Part shown: positions 1-4,958 of the stretch, piece after piece
Layout of the letters: each line of letters begins with the position of its first letter
How positions within the stretch are numbered: position 1 is the stretch's first letter
Origin: a virus
Taxonomy: Duplodnaviria; Heunggongvirae; Uroviricota; Caudoviricetes
DNA length: 12,544 nucleotides
IMG/VR virus record: IMGVR_UViG_3300029858_000327
Strand: one strand, 5' to 3'
Translations under genes and position numbers: made by a program
Notes under the pieces: generated by a model
Told to the model about the DNA's origin: nothing
Seen by the model: the letters and a program-made list of their open reading frames with translations, nothing else
The model's database searches: none

Positions 1-732
1 CATCCCTCCCAGGTAAAAGGAAAGGCAAAAAAGGTCACGTGCCATAATCAGCTTTCTTTTTTCTGGTGAAGATTCACGAATCTTGTTAAAACTCTGTACT
101 GTCAAATCAAGCTTCCTGATAGGGGCTGCAGATATTCTTGTTGTTACAAAAGGATGTATATCGTAAGATATATTCCACTCTCTTATCGCTCTGTTGATGA
201 CAGATTTCATCTGGGCGAGCATTGTGTTTACTGTGGTTTCAGTCACTTTTCGCTTCCGTATGAATGCAGCAAAATTCTGGACTAGTGATGGGGTTAAATC
301 TGAGAGAAGTATGTCACCTCTTGCAAAGTCACGAAAATACCTCCCCACCCTTTCAATAGACAATGCGTATGAATCTCTTCCCTCAGACTTGAGATAGTCT
401 ACAAAATTGCTACATGCTGATGAAAAGGTTTGCTCATCGGAAAGATTGTCTGTAGAAATGATTTCTTTAATTTGCCGGCAGGAATAAAGTTCAAGATGTT
501 TTATTGAGTCCAGTTTCTCTTGAAGGTCATCAAGGATGTTCCTAAGTTTCCGGTTTATCGCAGATGCCTCTGGATGCTTCACGACCTGACCGTTCTTAAA
601 CTGGTTCTCTGAAATAATGAATCGTGTGACGATATATGTTGTTTCATGCTTGTGACGGAGTGCAATTCTTATCTTATGTCTTCCGTCTTTTAATGCTTTT
701 GCCTTGAAAATGGTAAGTGATAGAGTTGCCAT
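1..732 (-). CDS. int: Tyrosine recombinase / phage integrase, N-terminal 244 codons (C-terminus beyond the left window edge)
   Basis: Not in the ORF track. Manual translation from ATG 732-730 is open to position 1: MATLSLTIFKAKALKDGRHKIRIALRHKHETTYI...ILLSDLTPSLVQNFAAFIRKRKVTETTVNTMLAQMKSVINRA...ARDLFCLSFYLGGM. This fits an arm-binding N-domain, a SAM-like core-binding domain and the start of box I of Bacteroidetes integrases. It lies next to a tRNA-derived att core. Confidence 0.9.
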   Translation of the reverse strand, partial: MATLSLTIFKAKALKDGRHKIRIALRHKHETTYIVTRFIISENQFKNGQVVKHPEASAINRKLRNILDDLQEKLDSIKHLELYSCRQIKEIISTDNLSDEQTFSSACSNFVDYLKSEGRDSYALSIERVGRYFRDFARGDILLSDLTPSLVQNFAAFIRKRKVTETTVNTMLAQMKSVINRAIREWNISYDIHPFVTTRISAAPIRKLDLTVQSFNKIRESSPEKRKLIMARDLFCLSFYLGGM

Positions 733-750
733 AATGATTAAAAAATTTAA

Positions 751-769
751 GGATACTCCAGGGATACTC
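751..769. repeat. Direct repeat GGATACTC x2, possible integrase arm-type binding sites
   Basis: GGATACTC at 751-758 and 762-769. A related GGATACC lies at 930-936, on the other side of the att core. The function is inferred. Confidence 0.4.
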
Positions 770-835
770 ACAGAATTGTAAATTTACAATTCAAATCCTT
801 TTTTTTAATCATCGTAATAAGCAGTAGAAAATAGA

Positions 836-870
836 AAAACCGCCTAATTCACAATGTAATAAGCGGTTTT
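836..870. terminator. Inverted repeat just downstream of the tRNA 3' half (possible terminator or processing hairpin)
   Basis: AAAACCGC (836-843) pairs with GCGGTTTT (863-870). T-runs follow on both strands. The loop is long, so terminator function is uncertain. Confidence 0.45.
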
Positions 871-875
871 AAGTC

Positions 876-919
876 GGAGCCGAAAGCGGGACTCGAACCC
901 GCGACTTACTCATTACGAA
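876..919 (-). mobile_element. Attachment-site core: 3' half of tRNA-Thr(CGT)
   Basis: The minus strand reads TT-CGT-AA-TGAGT-AAGTC-GCGGG-TTCGAGT-CCCGC-TTTCGGC-T-CC. That is an anticodon loop, 3' anticodon stem, variable loop, perfect T arm and acceptor 3' strand. The upstream sequence supplies no 5' anticodon stem, D arm or 5' acceptor strand. Confidence 0.85.
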
Positions 920-1013
920 CTCCTTAACAGGATACCGTTTAACTTTTTGTGTATTAATTAGTTATGATTGTTTTTCTGTTTTTAAAAAAGTACTTTTTTA
1001 GTAATTAGTTGGT

Positions 1014-1235
1014 TTATTTATAGCATATTCTACAAGGACGTCTTATTTTCTTTGCTTTTTCAAGTGATATTTCTTTTACCTCTCCTGAACATCTTTCAAG
1101 ACCTCTGCAGTCATTGTATTTGTGATATACTTTTGCTTTAGGTCCGGTGCATATATATACTGTATCAGATTTATCACTTTTAATACTGCAAGAAAGAAAT
1201 GCAGTCCACATAATTAGGCCGAATAATATTTTCAT
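1014..1235 (-). CDS. Small putative lipoprotein with a Cys/His-rich, possibly Zn-binding domain
   Basis: 73 aa. MK plus a hydrophobic stretch and lipobox-like FLS-C16. The mature part has VYIC..YH....C.....C...RPCRIC, reminiscent of Ada-like metal-binding modules. Confidence 0.75.
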   Translation of the reverse strand: MKILFGLIMWTAFLSCSIKSDKSDTVYICTGPKAKVYHKYNDCRGLERCSGEVKEISLEKAKKIRRPCRICYK

Positions 1236-1287
1236 AATCGCTAATTATTAAATCAAAAAATAATATTGTTAAATAATTGATACATTA

Positions 1288-2040
1288 TCATTTAAAATAG
1301 TACAAATCATCTATTTCAGAGTTATTGCGATTATCCTCACCTTCATTAAAAGTCCATATAAATTTGTAAATTTCTCCATTTAGAGAAATTCTGACATCTA
1401 TTGCATCACAACTTTTATATTTTATGTACATGTATCCAGCAAGACTTGTATTAGGAAACATTGTTTCTCTAAGAAGATAATTTTCTTTCATTGATTCAAT
1501 TATTTCATAGCTTTGATATTCTGCATCTGATAATCTCTCCATTGAATCTTGAATCTGTCTATTTTTTTCATAACTGTCGTACACGTTTACACTACTAACA
1601 TATCCCATGTTATCTGAATAAGTTACTTTACTTGTCGGTGCAGTTGAAAAGGATTGTAGACCAACTCCTATTCCTGCAAATATAGAAGCTGTATTTATTC
1701 GTTTTCTTGCCTTACGAGCATAATCTTCATAAGAAAGAACTAATGCATCGTTTTCACATACTTCTTTTTTTTTATTTATTATATACTTTCCTGTTATTGA
1801 CAAAGGGTCAAAATCAAATCTATAATCAGATGCATTTTCTATTATAAGACTAATCTTATAATATTTACCATATTGTTTTATTTGGCTCAGATTTGCTATA
1901 AGTGTTATACATTCATTTTTTATTACTTTGTATTGTTCTCCTTTTTGATAATAGCTATCTGTTTCTGTAAAAATTTTCTGAGCTTTAATACTAAGTATTG
2001 ATAAACATATAAATAGGATAAAAAATATTTTCTTTTTCAT
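1288..2040 (-). CDS. Exported hypothetical protein (immunity-region accessory gene)
   Basis: 250 aa ORF with a classic signal peptide MKKKIFFILFICLSILSIKA-Q. Visibly more AT-rich than the core genes and co-oriented downstream of the repressor. Confidence 0.8.
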   Translation of the reverse strand: MKKKIFFILFICLSILSIKAQKIFTETDSYYQKGEQYKVIKNECITLIANLSQIKQYGKYYKISLIIENASDYRFDFDPLSITGKYIINKKKEVCENDALVLSYEDYARKARKRINTASIFAGIGVGLQSFSTAPTSKVTYSDNMGYVSSVNVYDSYEKNRQIQDSMERLSDAEYQSYEIIESMKENYLLRETMFPNTSLAGYMYIKYKSCDAIDVRISLNGEIYKFIWTFNEGEDNRNNSEIDDLYYFK

Positions 2041-2083
2041 TTTTTGTGCAAATAAATATAATTAAATACACTTTAAAACAATG

Positions 2084-2719
2084 CTATAACCTTAAACTAC
2101 CGACAACTAAATTATAAGAACGAATATCCTCTTTTGGTATTGAGAAGTCTGGAAACTCGGGATTGTAAGAACGGCATGTTATGCAGTCTCCATCATCGTA
2201 TATTCTCTTAATTACTACTCCCTGGGTTGTGTCAAGCACGTGCACCCTACCCCATTGAAGGAACCGCTTTTCATTTACTTTAAGGCAAGCCACTTCATCA
2301 CCGGCAAAGTATTCAGGCTCCATGCTTCTTCCTACTACTCTAATCGTAAAGTCATAATGAGGAAAAGCACTGATAACCGGAACTTCTTCACACTGATATT
2401 CCGTTACTCCTTCTATTGTCTCAGTCAAAGTTCCGGCAGCAGCATCGTATGGTATACGTGGGCGAGTATTCTTATTTCTTTCATCCACAGAAGAAGACTT
2501 CATTTCGCTGATTTTAATCATTTCTCCTTCTCCTGTCAAAAGCCATTTAGTGCTTAAGTCCGGATAAACACAGAGAATCTTCTGTAACTTATCAGCACCA
2601 ATTCCCTTTGATATATTATTTACGAAACCATTGCTAAGGCCAACTGATTTTTCAAACCTGCTCTGGCTCAACCCTTTTTCTTTAATAAAAGCTACCAGCC
2701 TTTCCTTTACCGTACACAT
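2084..2719 (-). CDS. cI: LexA/CI-like phage repressor (HTH plus S24 autopeptidase)
   Basis: N-terminal HTH (GLSQSRFEKSVGLSNGFVNNI), Ala-Gly cleavage motif (YDAAAG), catalytic Ser (GRSMEP) and Lys (VIKRI). Divergent from the early operon. Confidence 0.93.
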   Translation of the reverse strand: MCTVKERLVAFIKEKGLSQSRFEKSVGLSNGFVNNISKGIGADKLQKILCVYPDLSTKWLLTGEGEMIKISEMKSSSVDERNKNTRPRIPYDAAAGTLTETIEGVTEYQCEEVPVISAFPHYDFTIRVVGRSMEPEYFAGDEVACLKVNEKRFLQWGRVHVLDTTQGVVIKRIYDDGDCITCRSYNPEFPDFSIPKEDIRSYNLVVGSLRL

Positions 2720-2744
2720 ACTGTAATATAAATTAAAGTTAAAA

Positions 2745-2792
2745 TACAGAAATTTCTCTATGTTTATTATTCATATTACAGAGATTTCTCTA
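2745..2792. promoter_or_regulatory. Two 16-bp near-palindromic repressor operators
   Basis: TACAGAAATTTCTCTA (2745-2760) and TACAGAGATTTCTCTA (2777-2792) differ by 1 and 2 bases from the perfect palindrome TAGAGAAATTTCTCTA. They are 32 bp apart start to start, and the second overlaps the -7 promoter motif. Confidence 0.75.
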
Positions 2793-2798
2793 AATTTG
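2791..2798 (+). promoter_or_regulatory. Bacteroidetes sigmaA -7 element of the rightward early (lytic) promoter
   Basis: TAAATTTG followed by CA matches the TAnnTTTG consensus. No clean -33 TTTG is seen. Confidence 0.7.
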
Positions 2799-2882
2799 CA
2801 CCAAGTAAGAAAGTAGGTAGGTAACAAGATGCAAATAAAAAAGAAGCGGCTACATAGTAGACACTTACACAATCTCTTAACA

Positions 2883-2890
2883 CAAAGATA
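2883..2890 (-). promoter_or_regulatory. Bacteroidetes sigmaA -7 element of the leftward (repressor) promoter
   Basis: The minus strand reads TATCTTTG. It is the only TAnnTTTG match I found on this strand in the intergenic region. Confidence 0.55.
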
Positions 2891-2929
2891 GCAATTTCTT
2901 TTCTGTTTGCATCAGTAAACTATAAAAAA

Positions 2930-3142
2930 ATGGATAGAGTAACAGTAGAAGATATTAAAAAAATAGAGCCTGGCACATCAATGAGCTGGACGCTTCCTCC
3001 GAACAAATGTCTGTCTGCAAAGAATCTTGCATACGAATGTTCATTCAGGAGAGTAAACCCGCGTGTGATGAAATACAAGGTATCCCTGAACAGAAAGGAA
3101 TCTAAGATAACCATCACTGCAATACCATTAAAAACTGAATAA
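2930..3142 (+). CDS. Small basic early protein in the Cro position (possible DNA-binding regulator)
   Basis: 70 aa, first gene of the rightward operon, preceded by an A-rich start context. No clear classical HTH. Confidence 0.7.
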   Translation: MDRVTVEDIKKIEPGTSMSWTLPPNKCLSAKNLAYECSFRRVNPRVMKYKVSLNRKESKITITAIPLKTE

Positions 3143-3143
3143 T

Positions 3144-3359
3144 ATGATGAACAGAATTTCTAAATCATGCCTGATACTGGTTGTAGCGGCATTATCAGTA
3201 TTTATCCTGTCCAACCACAAGGACTATTCATCCGAAATAGTAGAAGGAATCAGCGAAAGCGCACTTGAATCAATACGCTGCAAAATCGGCCATGATGCCG
3301 GAAACGCGGAGATTGCCAGAGAATACCTTAACAATAAATCATTTTACGATGCTCAATGA
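3144..3359 (+). CDS. Hypothetical protein with an N-terminal hydrophobic/TM segment
   Basis: 71 aa, tightly packed between neighbouring ORFs, with hydrophobic CLILVVAALSVFIL. Confidence 0.65.
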   Translation: MMNRISKSCLILVVAALSVFILSNHKDYSSEIVEGISESALESIRCKIGHDAGNAEIAREYLNNKSFYDAQ

Positions 3360-3588
3360 GACAGCAATATTCCTTGCCATGAATGACAAGACTTTTGGCC
3401 TTCGCGAATCCGCATCCATTGTAGGAGGAATGAAAAGGCTTTCAATGCTTCTTGATTCAGGCAAGATAAGATACACCAAGAAGAGCGAAAAGCAGAATGC
3501 CAAGCTATTCTGCAACGCATGGGACGTTCTTAAGCACGCATCAATAGAACGTGCAAGAGCAGGACGGCCAAGAACAGACGCCTGTTAG
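3349..3588 (+). CDS. Putative excisionase-like / winged-HTH DNA-binding protein
   Basis: The probable start is ATG 3349 (79 aa), inside the tracked 3265 ORF. FGLRESASIVGGMKRLSMLLDSGKIR...FCNAWDVL resembles the MerR/Xis-type wHTH pattern. The function is inferred. Confidence 0.6.
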   Translation: MLNETAIFLAMNDKTFGLRESASIVGGMKRLSMLLDSGKIRYTKKSEKQNAKLFCNAWDVLKHASIERARAGRPRTDAC

Positions 3589-3650
3589 TTCAACGGATAG
3601 AACGGAAGTTTCCTAAATTTCAGATCCGGGTTCGATTCCCGGACCGGTGA
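3579..3650 (+). tRNA. tRNA-Arg(CCT)
   Basis: Cloverleaf: acceptor CGCCTGT/ACCGGTG (one T-C mismatch), D arm GTTC-AACGGATA-GAAC with A20, anticodon arm GAAGT-TTCCTAA-ATTTC (CCT at 3612-3614), T arm CCGGG-TTCGATT-CCCGG, A73. CCA is not encoded. Confidence 0.88.
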
Positions 3651-3662
3651 CTATAAAAAAAC

Positions 3663-3674
3663 GGTCTTTGACAT
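3663..3674 (+). promoter_or_regulatory. boxA-like antitermination motif
   Basis: GGTCTTTGACAT resembles the boxA consensus (T/C)GCTCTTTAACA. It is followed by a GAAA-capped hairpin and lies in an early operon with a downstream terminator. Confidence 0.5.
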
Positions 3675-3690
3675 TCTTAAAATAAAAATG

Positions 3691-3753
3691 TGTACCAATA
3701 AAGAAATGTTGCTTAGCGGAAACGCGGTAATGGCATCCGGGCTTTTTGGTACA
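3691..3753 (+). ncRNA. Long imperfect hairpin capped by GCG-GAAA-CGC
   Basis: TGTACCAA (3691-3698)/TTGGTACA (3746-3753), then AAAG/CTTT and ATGTT/GGCAT, with an apical GNRA tetraloop at 3716-3725. Confidence 0.5.
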
Positions 3754-3798
3754 TTAACAAGTCCAATTTGCTTTAGATTATAAAAAAATGGCTGGGTA

Positions 3799-3891
3799 TG
3801 TCCCTTAAAGACAAGGTAACGCTTGCGGCACCCCTTGTGGTAAGATTCCACCGGAGAAATCCGTGACAGGTTTAAGCCTTCGAAGGGGACA
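3799..3891 (+). ncRNA. Multi-branched structured RNA candidate
   Basis: Closing stem TGTCCCT/GGGGACA. Internal ACAAGG/CCTTGT stem with a G-CTTG-C tetraloop, a CGGA-GAAA-TCCG hairpin and an AGG/CCT hairpin. Confidence 0.5.
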
Positions 3892-3944
3892 GATTTTGTC
3901 CATAGTATGAGTGTTTTTCATATTAGATTTAGTTTTGGTTTGAT

Positions 3945-3980
3945 AAATACATTCACTCCTGTGAAGGCCTGAATGTATTT
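3945..3980 (+). other. Strong hairpin with a GTGA (GNRA) tetraloop just before the CAT tRNA
   Basis: AAATACATTCA-CT-CCT-GTGA-AGG-CC-TGAATGTATTT: an 11-bp perfect stem, a 2x2 internal loop and a 3-bp apical stem. Confidence 0.65.
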
Positions 3981-3987
3981 CAATACC

Positions 3988-4061
3988 GGACCGTTAGCTC
4001 AGTCGGTCAGAGCGGCAGACTCATAATCTGAAGGTCCACGGTTCAAGCCCGTGACGGTCCA
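3988..4061 (+). tRNA. tRNA with CAT anticodon, probably tRNA-Ile2 (lysidine-modified) rather than Met
   Basis: Acceptor GGACCGT/ACGGTCC-A, D arm GCTC/GAGC, anticodon arm (G)CAGA-CTCATAA-TCTG(A) with CAT at 4022-4024, T arm CACGG-TTCAAGC-CCGTG. C4-G69 and C5-G68 are TilS determinants. There are no initiator features (no 1-72 mismatch, no GGG/CCC anticodon stem). Confidence 0.9.
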
Positions 4062-4117
4062 CGTTCGTGAGAATAATTAATTCCGTTTTATGTTTATTGG
4101 TAACACAACTATCGGCA

Positions 4118-4184
4118 GAGCCTGTATTTCAATGGTAGAATAACGGTTTTTCCGTAGATAAGAGTTCGATTCTCTTCGGGCTTT
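4118..4184 (+). ncRNA. tRNA-like RNA with a shortened anticodon arm (pseudo-tRNA or mimic)
   Basis: Acceptor GAGCCTG/CGGGCTT, D arm TTC-AATGGTA-GAA, T arm AAGAG-TTCGATT-CTCTT. The anticodon arm is only ACGG-TTTTT-CCGT (13 nt instead of 17). Confidence 0.75.
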
Positions 4185-4265
4185 CTAAAGCTTTTTTATT
4201 ATTAAAAACTAAACCAAGGGAGCCGTACACCCTATAAGCGTATCCAATCCAAGGAAGCGGAGGTA

Positions 4266-4324
4266 GGCTGATTTTCCGAAGGGGTCCACCGAAAGGTGAA
4301 TGGGTTCGAGTCCTATATCAGCCA
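4266..4324 (+). ncRNA. 59-nt mini tRNA-like RNA with D and anticodon arms replaced by 4-nt-loop hairpins
   Basis: Perfect acceptor GGCTGAT/ATCAGCC plus A, T arm ATGGG-TTCGAGT-CCTAT, and a middle of TCC-GAAG-GGG and CACC-GAAA-GGTG. Confidence 0.7.
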
Positions 4325-4341
4325 CATCGAAAGCATTTTTT

Positions 4342-4424
4342 TATGAATTGCGTATGAATACGCCAGGGCACTTGATTGTCGTATGCGTTGGGAATGCGTT
4401 GGGAATGCGTTACGGTTGATGCGT
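4342..4424. repeat. 11-bp tandem repeat array (ATGCGTTGGGA) with an upstream TATGAAT pair
   Basis: ATGCGTTGGGA at 4383-4393 and 4394-4404, ATGCGTT at 4405-4411 and ATGCGT at 4419-4424. TATGAATTGCG and TATGAATACGC lie at 4342-4363 and include the palindrome GCGTAT-GA-ATACGC. Confidence 0.8.
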
Positions 4425-4491
4425 GTCTGAGTATGTCAGGCGGCGGCTGCGCAAGCAGTGTGCACCGTGGAAAAGATGGCAAACACACCGT

Positions 4492-4535
4492 GCAAGACGT
4501 CCCGCAAGACGTCCCGCAAGATGACGGCAAAAGAC
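4492..4535. repeat. 12-bp tandem repeat array (GCAAGACGTCCC)
   Basis: Exact copies at 4492-4503 and 4504-4515, then degenerate GCAAGATGACG and GCAAAAGAC. CACCGTG is also repeated at 4463 and 4486. Confidence 0.8.
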
Positions 4536-4655
4536 AGTGTCTGCGAGCTAGTAAATACGCGTTAATAAAAAAAATGACAAAGAGAAATCAATAGCGGATT
4601 ATTTTTTTAATGCGTCCGCTAAATGGGTTTGCTGTACACTTTCGCCAAAAATACT

Positions 4656-4897
4656 TAGCAAATGCTAGCAATTGCTACCATTTGCAAGCTTTTGCCAGAT
4701 TTGCTAGAAGTTGCTTTCAATTGATAGAATTCTATTAAAGTTTGAATAAGACAAGTCAGATTAAAATTAAAATAATCATCTGATTTACACTAAGTTAAGA
4801 AATAGTTTTAGCAAACGTAGCAAATGCTAGCAATTGCTACAGATAATGATATATAATATATATGAGTGTATATTATTATCCCCTTTATATTCCCCTT
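4656..4897. repeat. 10-bp-period TAGCAAWTGC arrays plus an AT-rich tract; candidate replication origin
   Basis: About seven units at 4656-4724 and three at 4809-4840. The exact 23-bp repeat TAGCAAATGCTAGCAATTGCTAC occurs at 4656-4678 and 4818-4840. An AT-rich tract covers about 4841-4880 and TCCCCTT occurs twice. The origin role is inferred. Confidence 0.7.
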
Positions 4898-4907
4898 AGA
4901 AATTTCA

Positions 4908-4939
4908 GCTTGTCAGGATTTACCTGACAGGCTTTTTTT
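4908..4939 (+). terminator. Intrinsic terminator
   Basis: GCTTGTCAGG-ATTTA-CCTGACAGGC stem followed by T7. Confidence 0.8.
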
Positions 4940-4958
4940 ATAACCAAAATTCAGTCTT

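Noticed and set aside
27..32. Possible frameshift at the A6 run near the integrase box I
   Set aside because: The frame stays open and reads ARDLFCLSFYLGGM, as expected for this family.
194..397. 67-aa plus-strand ORF
   Set aside because: It is antisense to the integrase and is a shadow ORF.
876..919. Complete tRNA-Thr gene
   Set aside because: There is no D arm or 5' acceptor strand, so it is only a 3' half and is treated as an att core.
1765..1773. T9 run (A9 on the coding strand) as a phase-variation tract
   Set aside because: The gene is in frame (Lys codons), and A runs are common in this AT-rich DNA.
2240..3117. ORFs 2240-2557 (+) and 2920-3117 (-)
   Set aside because: They are antisense shadows of cI and of the first early gene.
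3651..3851. Minus-strand 66-aa ORF and a 31-codon plus-strand ORF at 3688-3783
   Set aside because: Neither has recognisable protein features, and the region is better explained by plus-strand RNA structures.
3930..3937. TAGTTTTG as an internal promoter
   Set aside because: It matches the -7 consensus but has no properly spaced -33 element and lies in a T-rich tract where chance matches are likely.
3651..4340. Self-cleaving ribozyme (theta/HDV-like, hammerhead, pistol) or preQ1 riboswitch next to the tRNAs
   Set aside because: I could not fit the conserved cores by eye and found only short partial resemblances near 4226-4242. A cmscan search is needed to exclude them formally.
4318..4594. 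ORFs 4318-4530 (-) and 4376-4594 (+)
   Set aside because: They are low-complexity translations of the tandem repeats with poor start contexts and are not supported as genes.
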